DNA of 63,117 nt, filler included, from Pelomyxa schiedti (Eukaryota; Protista; Evosea), in NCBI GenBank assembly GCA_020536535.1. It is 14 parts of 14 records of this genome, joined end to end, with 100 filler letters (N's around TTAATTAATTAA, not from the genome) between each part and the next. Parts side by side here need not be neighbours in the genome. Positions count along the whole stretch, not along the records: positions 12,223 to 44,198 come from JAHLWZ010000262.1; positions 44,299 to 45,706 come from JAHLWZ010002529.1; positions 45,807 to 47,345 come from JAHLWZ010002434.1; positions 47,446 to 51,798 come from JAHLWZ010001604.1; positions 51,899 to 53,684 come from JAHLWZ010002273.1; positions 53,785 to 54,835 come from JAHLWZ010002931.1; positions 54,936 to 55,988 come from JAHLWZ010002925.1; positions 56,089 to 57,235 come from JAHLWZ010002771.1; 6 more parts are not named here. One strand, 5' to 3'. The notes under the pieces are model-generated. The model saw only the letters and a program-made list of their open reading frames with translations, did no database searches and was not told the DNA's origin. This document shows positions 43,815 to 56,108 of this stretch, in pieces. Positions within the stretch are counted from its first letter, which is position 1, and each line of letters begins with the position of its first letter. Both the position numbers and the translations under genes were made by a program.

Positions 43815-44198
43815 ACGGCTGTGTCTATGGTGGTTGTGGTGGAGGTTCCGACTGTGGTCTTCTTGACCATGCTGTTCAGGCTAAGAGTCAGCAGTGTAAG
43901 AAGCAACCATACACTGGTGTTGTCTTCTTGCTTGTTTCTGAAGTCTGGGACTATATTCGGTTCCTTGCTCCATGCTTTGCTCTGCCGTCCTTTTGGAGTA
44001 GCTGAGCTTGATCTGATGAGTGTTGCTTCTGGTGCCAACCACCTTAGTTATAATGTGTCCTGGGCATGACTCAGCCAAAGTTGTTTTCAAGATTATCTGG
44101 GAGCTGCCTGGACTGGACAGGAAACAGTGGTAGTCAGTGATTCCAGAGAACTTCAGAAAAGAAATGCTTTTTGGGGTTTCAGGGACTTCCAAGTGAGC
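42947..44198 (-). CDS. Low-complexity Gln/Pro/Thr/Asn-rich protein (multi-exon, 5' truncated), includes (TTGCTG)n microsatellite near 43760-43810
   Basis: Frames reading QQQQQQRVP...YVPPPRYQQ and SNSNSNSN. Frame assignment between exons uncertain. Confidence 0.45.
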
Positions 44199-44899
44199 NN
44201 NNNNNNNNNNNNNNNNNNNNNNNNNNNNNNNNNNNNNNNNNNTTAATTAATTAANNNNNNNNNNNNNNNNNNNNNNNNNNNNNNNNNNNNNNNNNNNNGG
44301 TTTTGGAACAACATCTTCACACTCGCAATTGGGAGGGGCTGCACTGCAATCCACACAAGAATCGCTCAAGAAACTGAGTGTTTTGTTTGGTGTTGGGAAG
44401 GAACAAGGAAAAGAAGAAAAGGCAACCATTTGGAAAGATTAGCAAAGGCGCTTGTATCGCCATACACATATGTGCCTTCTAGATTTCTTTGGGGCACGGT
44501 TTAGATATGGAAATAAAAGGTTGCATATGCTCACAGGTAATCAAGGTATGGCAAGGTTGCCAAGCACGCGGGGATTTGTCCCGTCACAGGGGTGTATGCC
44601 AACAGCCTAAAAACAACTCTTAACTTGATGAAGGTGTGAGAAAAAAAATACAGTGATTGCAGTGCCTGCAGCGAACAAAAAGAAGTTGGAATGTCACCAG
44701 TAAAATAATTCGACTCGATTCCTCTTAAGATAGATGGAACGAAAATTAAGAGAAATTCCCAATAGAATGAGATGCGAATAAATATGAAAGGAGTTCAGTT
44801 TTAACAACTCTGAATAATACACACAATATCATGAGATTCGCATTTCTCGAAAGATCTGGTATGGTTCCAGTAAATTGGTTGTCAACCAAATAACTATTA

Positions 44900-45706
44900 T
44901 TTATTTGTGAGCCGCATTTCTGACAGGCCGACGTACATACATTTGGTAAATTGTAGAAATATCCGCAAGGTAATCGAGAATGGGACCTTGGAAGGGACTC
45001 TCCCAGAGAAAGCTAGGGAGTATATATGTAAGGAGTCAAGTGTTTTAGGGTGTACAGGGTTTGCAAGTTCACAAGATTTGACAGTTGTGGAGCAATTGTC
45101 CCTTCCATTAATATGTTGTTGACCAAGAAACTGGAGAAAAAGTTGAGAAGGAAAAAAAAACCCAGTACATACATGCTCGTCAGAGTTGTGAGAGTATAGA
45201 ATGCAGGGGGTAGTGTTCCAGAAATGTTGGAGTTTTCAATATACCTGAATATAGAGATGAGAGACGGGTTTTTGTATACTAACTGGAGCAAACATACAAG
45301 TTAGCTATCTTCCCAAAAGCTGATATGCACGATGGCAAAGATCCCTGCATTTCGAGTTCTCCTTTGAGGTCCCTTTTTTTTTTGTGGAATCAATTCGCTG
45401 TCAAAAAAAGGTAATCGCGAACAAATCTTGCAGGTGGCCGTCGGCCCAACAATAAACTCCCGAGAGTGCCACCTCACACGGAGTCGAAAATGTGCAGGGG
45501 TCACTGGTGTTCGTGTTCCACGACGTCACGCCCATGTTCTTGAACTCGCACAGGCAATCAGCCTCCAGTTGCAGTGCCGGCGAGTCATCGGCCGCCATCA
45601 CACCATCACCACCTCCACCTCCAGCAGCACCCACAATGGCGGCCACCCACCAACAACACAGCGCAAAGCGCCACCACCACCCCAGCGGAATCGTCCCGTC
45701 GCGTGT
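44900..45706 (-). CDS. Secreted/surface plant-type leucine-rich-repeat protein (LRRNT cap + LRRs)
   Basis: Hydrophobic N-terminus, cap W...SDPC...SGVYC, and LRR exons NISGTLPPAFYTLTTLTSM, MEGTIAPQLSNLVNLQTL, FSGRVPSKVPFSITL. Confidence 0.75.
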
Positions 45707-46095
45707 NNNNNNNNNNNNNNNNNNNNNNNNNNNNNNNNNNNNNNNNNNNNTTAATTAATTAANNNNNNNNNNNNNNNNNNNNNNNNNNNNNNNNNNNNNN
45801 NNNNNNCTAAATTTAATTGAGAAGTTCTGGGATGTGGTTTCAAGTCGAATCACACAGTTGCACTTGGAATTACTGACAGGTTTTACTTGGTTCTACTTCA
45901 TTCATGATCTAACTTTGCCGGGAACAGGTAAGTATGGAGTGCGGCGATGTGCGGATGTTGACGATCTAATATTCTGCTTGGAAACAACACGGATGTCACG
46001 CCATTCGCCATTCATTGCATGGTGTTGGGTTAGATTGGCTTCACTAAAACAACTTCATAAAAAAAAAGACTTTTTTCCATCACAAGTTTTGGTTT

Positions 46096-46469
46096 TCATG
46101 GTATTGTGTGTAATGGGGAGGCTCTCGTGGGCCTTGAGTCAGGCGAGTGGGGAGAGGTAATGGGAGTGCCAGAAGATGGGAGGGAGCAAGAAGAGCTATT
46201 GGGGGGACCATTATGGGGCAGGAGGGAACTGGGAGGGGGTAAGTACAAGCCAGGAGAGCTAAAAGAGCCGGAAGAGGAAGAAGAATAGGAGCCTGAAGTG
46301 GCAGCAGAGCCAGAAGGGGAAGAATAAGAGCCGGAAGATAAAGATACATCAGCACTGGTGTACACCTTTGCCAGCGCCAGGCCCCGCCAAAATTAGCCTC
46401 CCGCTGCGCCCCTTTCCCTCTCGCCTTACTCTGCTCCCGTGTTGCCTCTGCCGCCTCCGGGCGCTGCAC
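46096..46469 (-). CDS. Possible Ser/Pro-rich low-complexity exon
   Basis: Open frame SSGSYSSPSGS...PPPSS. No recognisable domain. Confidence 0.25.
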
Positions 46470-47612
46470 CGCTGGCTCTCCTTATCTCCTTTCTCTCTTC
46501 TATATACATATGTGAGTCGGAATTTTTATGTCCGGCACCCCCTGTTGTGTTAGAGACTGAGGCATGTTTCTTTCGAGATATGTTTCAGGGTCCCCTTCGT
46601 TGGAGGCGACCCGGAACAGATTTTGAAAGAAACATGTCGAAGCCCAGTAATTCCCCTCTAAACCTACGGTAAGGGCACGGTTGGAGAAAATAAAAAAACA
46701 ACCTCGTCCCAAAATCATCAGCAACCAACAACATCCTACAACAGAGTAAGCGTAAGAAAAACAACGGCTTGGGCAGAGCGAGGAGCGAAAAAACCGTAGG
46801 AGAAACGAAGGTTAACAAAAAGAAATATAAATATAATGGAAAACATGCACCTCGTCATAGTGTGTCCTCGGACGGCCTGTGTGGCTTGTGGTTTTTTTTT
46901 TTTTTTTTAATGAATCTACTGGAGATCTTTCAGAACATCACAAGTCAATGAATTGATTCACACCCTCACGAACGAGCTCTGAGTAAATCGCAGCTGTACT
47001 GTGGGCCGCGAGGGGGGATTGGTGTTGGTACTTTGGTGACTTTCCAGATTGCCTCGATCTGTCAAACAGTTTGATTAATACGAACCATGTATTGGAGAAG
47101 GGCACGTGGGCCTGTGTGCACTTCTATCTGTTGTGGCTGCGTATTGTGGGTGGTGCTCTTCATGGCGGCACCAACTTGGGGCAAGCGACACGGGGCGGGT
47201 GCGGACCTGGTTATGCTGCCTGGGGGAGTGTTTATTATGGGAACCAACGATACGACAAACCAAGGTTTGGAGTTTGGCCCTTGTTGCTGATTGTTTTGTG
47301 GAAATGAAATGAATATTTGGGTTTCTTTGAGGCACACACTTACAGNNNNNNNNNNNNNNNNNNNNNNNNNNNNNNNNNNNNNNNNNNNNTTAATTAATTA
47401 ANNNNNNNNNNNNNNNNNNNNNNNNNNNNNNNNNNNNNNNNNNNNTACAGCAGAGAGATACGGCCTAAGTAAAGAGCTCATCCACAGTGTTCTCTCTGAA
47501 TACATGGAATGGACGGTCCAATTTCCATAGGAGAGAACAACTGGCAACCAAAATTAATACTAATGGTGTTCTTCACCCTTTTGTTTTTTTTAGCCCGAAT
47601 CCTTCATCAAAA

Positions 47613-48900
47613 ATGAGTGGGAGTGGCACCCCCCAATCATCAACAACAACCACAACGACAACAACAGCAACAACAACAACAACCCACCAGCATTCGCACC
47701 TCCTCAGTTGGGCCAACCCTCTCCTACTCCCACCGCCACCAACAACAACAACAACACCAAACAACGACGTAGGCGGCACTGGATCCAGCCACGACTGCCG
47801 TTGCGTGAGAGTACACGCACACGTCGGGCAGCCGCCGCTGATTACCCATAATGGCGGGTCACAAGCCACGACGGTTGTTGTTTCGTCGGAGGTGTGGGTG
47901 ATAAGCGCGGCAGCGTACGCGGCGCCGCCGGGCACCGTCGCCTTCGCCGACCGCGTGTCCCCGGGCATGCACCTCGACAACACAGTCCTTCTCATACCGA
48001 ACTACAACTACCGCAACCACCGCCGCCGAAGCTCCCCGCGGATACCCATAAGTGACACCACCGCTGCCGCGGCGCCGCCTAATTGCAGCAATCCAATCAC
48101 CGGCCACACCTCCTCAGGCTCAACTAATGGTGCCTACAACAACGGTTCACTGGCTGCCTCCGACGACGCTGTTGTTGTTAATGCCGACGCGGCCACTGCG
48201 TCGAAAGATTACAACAGGCACCTGGGCGCTGTGGGCGACGCGGTGAGGCTCACGATCGACACTGTTGGCGACACGTTGCATTGCGTGGGGCTTGCAGCAC
48301 AGCTGGCTCTCTCGCTGTCGAGCACGTGCAGTTATCTGCGGAGGGTGTGCGACGCCGATTCTTTCTGGCACACTTTGTTCGTGTCTCATCGGGATGCGCC
48401 TGTTGTCAGTATCAGCCACCCGGTGTACAGCGACATCCGATGTGGGCTGTGGAAGACTCTGTACAAAGTCTTCTGTGCCCGAATATCACTTCGGGATGAG
48501 CACTGCCTTGCGAGGCCTCGCAATTTCTGCACTGCTGTTGTTCTCCCTGAAATTGTACCATTTTATGATGCACTTTTTGAACCGCAGGTCATTCAGGAAT
48601 TTGATGGTGTGGGTGATATATTATATAATGACACACACACACACACACTTACAAATGACCAACACTTTCGCAGTTCCTCCACATTGTCACTTTGACCATC
48701 CTGGATGTGTGGTTGCATCGCATCAAAGAAACCACAGGGTGAAGCTTCTCAGCAAGGGGAAACGATTCTGGGACATCAGTTTTGAATACGGACCACCGGG
48801 TTGCCACCGGCCACCTGTTGTTCGGCATGTCCGCAAAACAGGCAAAAACTTAGAATGCTACTTGAATGACGCAGAATGGGTTGGTGTGTGTGTGTGTGGA
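47613..48900 (+). CDS. F-box-like protein with Thr/Pro-rich N-terminus
   Basis: LALSLSSTCSYLRRVCDADSFWHTLF resembles the F-box C-terminal half, followed by WKTLYK. 3' exons uncertain. Confidence 0.55.
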
Positions 48901-49377
48901 TAAAACTCCTCTTTCTTCCTTTCCCTGACAGCCAACCTTGGTGTGAAGATATTCATGTGGATGGGAAATCATATCTCTTGCACTCCGCAACGAAGTTTTC
49001 TGCCGATTTCAATTTCGCACTGGTTTGTATTTTATGAAATTCGTTTCATTCACACTCGAATCTAGGCATATATATCTCCGGGAAGTGAAATAAAAGTGGT
49101 GCGGTTTGTAATTCCATTTAAAAGCTTCTCTAATCTCCAGAAACATTAACGGAAACAAGACAATGAATCCCACTGTAAGGCACATCTTTACCGGAGTCCC
49201 CACTCCAATTAAAGTAGATACACTTCTTGTGATCACTTTCTTGATTGGTGTGTAGACCCATCACCACGCCTTTATTATCTTAAATGGTAAATCAGAATAT
49301 ACAATGGAAGGAAATAGTATCATCACTCAAGAACGCCGCCTGAATTTCCAAGATAAAGGAGCGCCGCAATCGTCAAA

Positions 49378-50310
49378 GTGACTGGGCCTGAAAATATTGA
49401 AATTTCCGGTGCTGGCACCAGAGTGGAGTTGACTTACCCGATCCCAAAGTTGCTGTCTCCACCCGGAAAACATTTCACCTTTCAGGTTGGTTCCAATGAT
49501 CCACTGTGTGACAAACCTCCCAAAGTGGAAGCAAGAATTTTCAAATCTGGGGAAATCATCCGCATGGAGCCATATGATCATCCCTCCACCGGAAAATGGA
49601 ATTACATCAGAGACCTGAGCCCCGCTCTCATTGGCACCGAAGTCGAAGCATTTGCGCAGTATGGTCCTGAAAAGCATTCTCTCTTCAAATGCGTGGTTCC
49701 CTCTTTGACAGCGGAGCATGTTGCCATTGACAATCACCAACAGGTTCTCTTTTCTCTGCGCCTTTCCAACTGGTTTGGGAGGTATCCCGTTCTCCTGAAC
49801 GAGGTGGATGTTGTGCTTGTGAGCAGTTCGGAAAATGTACAGAAAGTAAGTTACTTGCATTCTTTGGAATGGGACATAGTTTGTATTGTTACATCTGTCC
49901 CTGCTGGAGCATACTCTGTTGTCATTTCCACCAAGGATGATGGTGAGATCATTTCACAGTTCCCAGTTGATGTTGTGCCAAAAGAACCACCGCCAACTTA
50001 CACGTGGAGCAGACTCGGAACATCCACTTGCCACATTTGCCATGACACAATCAGAACGGGGAGCCAGTGGACATGCAAGGCATGTGAATATGACCTGTGT
50101 GACAAATGCCACACTGAAGCCACCTTCACCACAACCAAGCATCCACAACATCAGCAACATCAGCAGGAGCAACAGCACCCACACCCGTTGATACGGCACA
50201 GGTTCAAGACTAAACACACACGTGTGTGCTGTGTTTGTGGTGTGGTGCTTGGTGTTGGTGACCACTGTCTGCTGCCATACCACAGACAACAGCACAGGTA
50301 TACTGCCTGA
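49378..50310 (+). CDS. Ig/filamin-like beta domains plus ZZ-type zinc finger and second Cys/His cluster
   Basis: CHICHDTIRTGSQWTCKACEYDLCDKCH is the ZZ consensus. HPHPL...CCVC follows. A beta-rich region with PAGAYSVVI precedes it. True start probably upstream. Confidence 0.7.
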   Translation: MTGPENIEISGAGTRVELTYPIPKLLSPPGKHFTFQVGSNDPLCDKPPKVEARIFKSGEIIRMEPYDHPSTGKWNYIRDLSPALIGTEVEAFAQYGPEKHSLFKCVVPSLTAEHVAIDNHQQVLFSLRLSNWFGRYPVLLNEVDVVLVSSSENVQKVSYLHSLEWDIVCIVTSVPAGAYSVVISTKDDGEIISQFPVDVVPKEPPPTYTWSRLGTSTCHICHDTIRTGSQWTCKACEYDLCDKCHTEATFTTTKHPQHQQHQQEQQHPHPLIRHRFKTKHTRVCCVCGVVLGVGDHCLLPYHRQQHRYTA

Positions 50311-50639
50311 TGTGCATCCCTCCCTCCTTGGATGCCCCTTCATTTTATCTCTTCGCAGCAAGCTTTTAACAACGAGGGAAGTTCGTCTTTCCTTTTTCTC
50401 GGCGATGCAAGAAACAAGCGTCCCACAATTTTGCAACAGGGAGTTGTGGTACTTAATCGCGATGTTTTGGATTCTGTGATTAACCTTAAAAAAAAAGGGT
50501 GAACCAAGTCTCGAGGATTCGGGACAAACACAGTGGCTCCCCTTCTCTTTTTCAATTTGGAGTCCCCGCCTCATTGTGGTCTCTCCTTTCCATAAAACAA
50601 ACTAAATTGCCTTTCCTGGTCCGGTTGTCCTCCTATTCG

Positions 50640-51798
50640 TCAGAGTTTGTCAATGAAAGTGTCCACGTTGGGGATTGAAGGAGGGAGGCACTTGTGGGAC
50701 CTGACACGTGACACCACGGCCCCACACCGCGTCGTTGTGTCGTGAGGGTCGCCTGTCATCACCGCCCAGTGATCAATGACCATCGTCACAATCTCGCATG
50801 AGCTTCCTCCCACAATGGCCGCCTTGTCTCCTCCTCCCTCACTTCCATCATCAGCACGCCGGGCAGCGGTTTCTGTTCCGCAGTTGCAACTCCGGAGTTC
50901 AGAGGGGAGACCGAAGGATTCCATCACAGGAATGTGTGCCCGGACTGTGGTGATTGTTTCCCATCCGGGTCTATGGTCCTCCCAGATGACTTGTCCTCGC
51001 CGCCGCATGATAATCGAGTAAACTGCCCCGAGGTTTGCGGTCCGGCACTGAAACAATCGTGAGGAATCATGGAAATGCGGAAATAGACCAACACACAAAC
51101 CTGGAGTTCCATGAGGTAAACTGGTTCGGCAATAGCCGGGGTTGCACTGAGAATGCACCCACAGAAACACCTCCGGGCTGCGGGAATGATTTGTCCCCCA
51201 CCTCGGTGAATGGCATCACAGTTCATAAGAACATCGCGGATGTTGATTCTGACTCCCCGGACTGGCTCATCACACAGTGGGCCTTCCTTCATTATCCATT
51301 GGAACGCACTTGTCACTGAGTCCTTGATCTCGTTGAGATACTGCACAGCCTTTGTCATATCAACAAGCAAATTGGGCCCAGTTTGTTCAGGCCCAAAGCA
51401 CCACACTTTTCGAGCATCAATTTGTTCCCAGTTGAACTGTTCAACGAGTGTGCGGGCAAGAATCCTGGGTTCCATTTTGGAGTTGATGGTGGTTCTGTTC
51501 TCAATGGCGTTGGTGAGGTCGTCTCGAAGCGGTTGGGCATTCATGTAAAGCCTGCTGTGTTTGTTGGGAGATTTGCTCAACAGAATTTTGGAGTCAGCCA
51601 GAATGGTCTCGCGAATCGATGTGACTGGTGTACCCACTCTGAGAGGAGCCGGGCAAAACAGTTCTGACAGATCGTGAAGGCACATCTCAAGGTGGAGCTC
51701 ACTTGCACACGAGATTGTGTGATCACCACTTTCCTCGATGTTGCACTGGCACAGTGGGTCTGATCTTGAAAGCCTCTTGAGACCCTCAACGAATCTTG
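50640..51798 (-). CDS. EEF2: Divergent eukaryotic elongation factor 2 paralogue, domains III-V (5' truncated, one intron near 51055-51105)
   Basis: EGLKRLSRSDP, ELHLEMCL, KSPNKHSRLYM, WCFGPEQTGPNLLVD, YLNEIKDSV, EGPLCDEPVRGVR, DAIHRGGGQIIP, EPVYLMELQ, ESFG, DHW, terminal DKL*. Confidence 0.92.
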
Positions 51799-51951
51799 NN
51801 NNNNNNNNNNNNNNNNNNNNNNNNNNNNNNNNNNNNNNNNNNTTAATTAATTAANNNNNNNNNNNNNNNNNNNNNNNNNNNNNNNNNNNNNNNNNNNNAC
51901 AACAGGGGACACCTTTTCCTTTTGTGCTAGCCACTTCCCACAGCACTTATG

Positions 51952-52062
51952 ACAGCCGCCCTTGGGGGCGGCTGTTTTGCACGTGGTTTTGATAGGACAG
52001 CCGCCCAAAAAAAATGGGCAGCTGTTTTTACAGGAACTTGACATGCAAAAAAACAGCCGCCC
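51952..52062. repeat. Cluster of five alternating-orientation copies of ACAGCCGCCC (two hairpins plus one extra arm)
   Basis: 51952-51961 pairs perfectly with 51966-51975, 51997-52006 pairs with 52016-52025 (one mismatch), and a fifth copy lies at 52053-52062. Confidence 0.8.
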
Positions 52063-53949
52063 TTTGACCCAGATATGAACTCAAAATTAGTCGCGTTGCG
52101 GTGTGTTCATGAAGTACTTGTGGGGACTTGGCAATGAAATTTCAAACGGTACTTGCCAAGCACATACTTGAAATAACAACCCTGGCACCAAGTGGCCGAA
52201 AAAAATAATCGTTGTTTGCTGCCCCATTGGCCGAACGTGATCATTGACGCAGGGGACTCGGCGGTTGTGGGATCAACACAGCGACAGTACTGTGAGCGAG
52301 TCAGAGCAATCTCAAATCACCAAGGTCTTTACCTTCTGTAATACAAATCATTGTATATATATCAAATGATATATATACAATCATCAAATCATTTGTACAA
52401 ATCAATGTACATAGATCCCAAAAAATGGCACACAATGGAAGAGTGAGGGGGGAAGCAGCTTGTGGCGGGGGCTACCGAAACCACCAGAGATCCACCAAAA
52501 ACGAAAAATTTGGATAAGGAAGGGGACGCTTTCATGCGCCTACTACTTGTGGTTCACTGTTCCTTCCACTTTCCATTTCCCCTTCTCTCTTCCTCTTCAC
52601 CTTTTGGAAACTCCCAGCATTTTGGGTGCAGAAAACAAGGTGATTATTTCCCAATTGATGGTCCTTGTACTATTCCCGGAACTGTTGTCCTTTTGCCGAT
52701 GCTGTACAGATGTGGGAAATGCTGAAGTTACCTGGTCTCATGAAAAACTCCATCTCTCCTATTGAGTGCCTGCACTTTGACTTTTTGCCAGAAATTCTTG
52801 CATCATCTCCACATTGTCCTGCTGGTTTATGAGTATATCGCGATGAGTTCAATCCTTGTCTTTTGAAGTGAGTTCTCTCCAAGCAGGTAACTCCTTAGCT
52901 CTCAATGTTGGGGAACTCTTAACCCTGATTACTCACAAGGGTACTTGATTTCCACCTTTCTGGGATCATATCACATTTAATTGAAGACAGCTTGCCAGCT
53001 TGCCACCTCAGAGGAGGTAGGTAGGTATGGATACAGCCTTCCTCACTTGCCTCACACTCACCTGGCCTGGTGAGGTAACCTTTGGTATTTGTGTCAGTCA
53101 CCAATGACCATCGTGGTTAGTAGTGCACCACAATGTGTATGTACAACACGAAGGGGTCGGGGTCTCAGTGGAGCATCAAGTGAGAACTAGTTCGCCTCCA
53201 TCCGTCAATATCACCTTTGTGAGTTGTCACAGTACACGTGACAGTGATGCTGATGCCCACATACTGCTGGAAGGTATATCTATATCTCCCAGGGGGAATG
53301 CAGAGGACAAGTGCTCAAGTCAACTTCAACTCAATTACGTAACAAAACTATAACACAATTCTGGGGACAAGTCAATGATCAGCCTGCTGGTTCTAACAAC
53401 CAAACAATACTAAGACTTCCAGTGTTCAAGAAACGTAGGAGGTACCTGTGAGGCAACTCCAAGTATATTGGCAGACCCAGATTACTACTATGGGCCAAGC
53501 TAGAACTATTGCTGTGGAACTGGAGAGGTGTGTGATTCTGCAAACACACAGGCAAACTGTGCGCAAGGCACACTCGCGAGACTCGAGACTGGACACTCAG
53601 AGGCTGAGTCATCACTTACCAAGTTCGGAAATCAAGTTCACAGAAAGATCATCGAGATACCCAAGACCTTTCCCTTGACTTTGGNNNNNNNNNNNNNNNN
53701 NNNNNNNNNNNNNNNNNNNNNNNNNNNNTTAATTAATTAANNNNNNNNNNNNNNNNNNNNNNNNNNNNNNNNNNNNNNNNNNNNGAAATTGGCAAGTCTG
53801 AGATGTGTTTCCCTTAGGAAAGTCAATCAACAAGATAAATTTGGCATGCACGCACCATGGTAAATTGAGATCCCCCTGAATTCACTCTGTAATATATACA
53901 TCAGGCGTTCTCTTGGGTAAATGAGCTGTAATTTTCGCAAGTCAGAGAT

Positions 53950-54425
53950 TAGAGTGACAGGAACAAGAACGCACTCCCTGTTCTCCTGAGTATTCCATTA
54001 AGTTGAGTGCCTGAAGATGGTTGAACGAACTCTGAGGACAGAATCAGACCCTCTGGCTGTATTAATTGACAAGTGACACACCACCAAATTCGAATCTATT
54101 TCAGCTGTCATTTGAGCAATCCTTTTGTCAACCATTGCCACAAATTCATCTCTTAGCTGTCCCAATGTATTGCGCACTTCTACTTTGGTATCTCTTGCAC
54201 TCTGTGGAAAGTTGGCACAAAGTCAGCACAAAGCACAACGGCAGCAACAGTAACAACCTTTTCCGCATAAACTGCGAGCTTTTCCACATACAATGAGACA
54301 CCTCCAACGGTGTGCGACACTAATTCACTTGTGTTTTTGCGTCGTCGGTGTGGCAGGTGCTGCATCCGCGATGATGGTGGCGAGATCTGTCGCGATGTTC
54401 TGTGTCTCTTTGGGCACGGCTCCAT
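53950..54425 (-). CDS. Possible multi-exon protein with short coiled coil
   Basis: MEPCPKRHRTS... and LRDEFVAMVDKRIAQMTAEIDSNL frames flanked by GT/AG. No family recognised. Confidence 0.3.
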
Positions 54426-54935
54426 ACTTTAAATTAAATTGTAAAGTATGGAAGGCAGCGTACTTTTTGTTGTCAACCACCTGATCGGAAAAGCCAAGGC
54501 ACCTGTCATTATGTCATCCTCTAGACACTCCTCCCCTCCACCCTTTAAACCCCTCTTTCCCTGCAGACTGTTGAATGTTAGTCCCTTTTCGAAAATCACC
54601 AAAACCACGATGTGAAGCAGAGTGGGACATGCACATGTGCGGCCGAACAAAATGTGAACGGTAGTAATCACATTTTGTTTTTTCATAGAAAAGTGGCTGG
54701 GAAAAACGATCAATGTAGGAAGTTCGAAATAAGTTGTTTGTAGACTACTCAGTGTGGTGATGATTACATTTCCTTTTTGTTTAGGGTTGGTTGGCGGGGC
54801 GGCCCCTATTGGTTTTGGTTTGTGAGTGGCTGTTGNNNNNNNNNNNNNNNNNNNNNNNNNNNNNNNNNNNNNNNNNNNNTTAATTAATTAANNNNNNNNN
54901 NNNNNNNNNNNNNNNNNNNNNNNNNNNNNNNNNNN

Positions 54936-55562
54936 CTCAAAGTAAGTCTCCCCCAGATCAGAGCACCGAAGCAACAGGTGGTTTTCATCAGGGCCCAGAA
55001 ACATAGGTTTGCAAAACTCCCACCTCCTCCCAACTGAAACAACAGTTGGCTTCCTGATGTTGTTTCCCACGCCACAGCCGCCGCCACCGCCGCACGTGCT
55101 CTTCCTCGGTATCTCAACAACCACCATCCGCGGGATGCACAGCGATACAAGCCACTTCCCATTCGACGTGTGCCCAAACCCGTCGCTGACGAACAGCGGC
55201 ACCCTCTCGCCGGTTGCTCTGTCCTGCAGCCCGAAAAGCCCGCCGGCCTCCATCCGCGCCAGGTAGTCCCGATACGCACCGTACACCAGCTCCCCGGGCC
55301 GCTCGACCCACCACCTCGCGTCGCGCGTCAGTGACAGAAGATCCGACGAAACCCCGAACGCGATCATCACCACCTGCCCTTGTTCGTTCGTCCACCTCAG
55401 CCAGTGCAGCCTCGATCTGGCCATCAGCCACGCCCACAGCACCCTCAGGACCAGCGTGCCGTCGCTTCCCATAATAATCATCTTGGTCAGGGGGCACAGC
55501 GCCCCGCACCGCGGGTGGGCCCCGGCGGCCAGGGCACCAACTTGGTCCCTCATCCTCGTCAC
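54936..55562 (-). CDS. Lineage-expanded family protein, N-terminal part
   Basis: RDQVGALAAGAHPRCGA...LWAWL...FGVSSDLLSLT. Same pattern as 58317-58854. Confidence 0.6.
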
Positions 55563-56108
55563 CGGAGTGCCGGGTGCGATGGTTACGACTTTGCCGGTGC
55601 GTTGCGTTTTTGAACAAAAAAGACTTTTTTCGATTTTTTTTTCGAACTCACCGAAACCATCAAAATCAGAAAGGAGAAAATTAAACCAAAGTCAAACGAT
55701 AAAAGGATGTGATTGGTTCTTTCCCAAGACTGTTCCAAAGGTTCAGGAAAGAAACAGAGTTGAAAGTGCTTCACATGGAGAAATGCCAGATGATCACACG
55801 AAGTGGTCTGAACAAATTGAAGGTGATGACGTGGGCACCAGAGGACTCCTCAGTCACGTGCATCTCTTTGAGGGAGGCACTTGTCTGGAACAGCAGGCCA
55901 CCTTCAACGAAAGAGTGCTTGGTTGCGATACAACTCTGTGTCCTCACTGGCTTGGTTGTGTCATTCACATCCCACACTTCATAGGTGTNNNNNNNNNNNN
56001 NNNNNNNNNNNNNNNNNNNNNNNNNNNNNNNNTTAATTAATTAANNNNNNNNNNNNNNNNNNNNNNNNNNNNNNNNNNNNNNNNNNNNAACAACAACAAA
56101 AAAAAAAG

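Noticed and set aside
44299-45706. LRR gene as receptor component of the GTPase cluster
   Set aside because: Separated from the cluster by an artificial linker at 44199-44298, so adjacency is not evidence of linkage.
52460-53680. Several 60-100 aa ORFs on both strands
   Set aside because: No consistent frame, strand or recognisable domain; cannot be supported as a gene.
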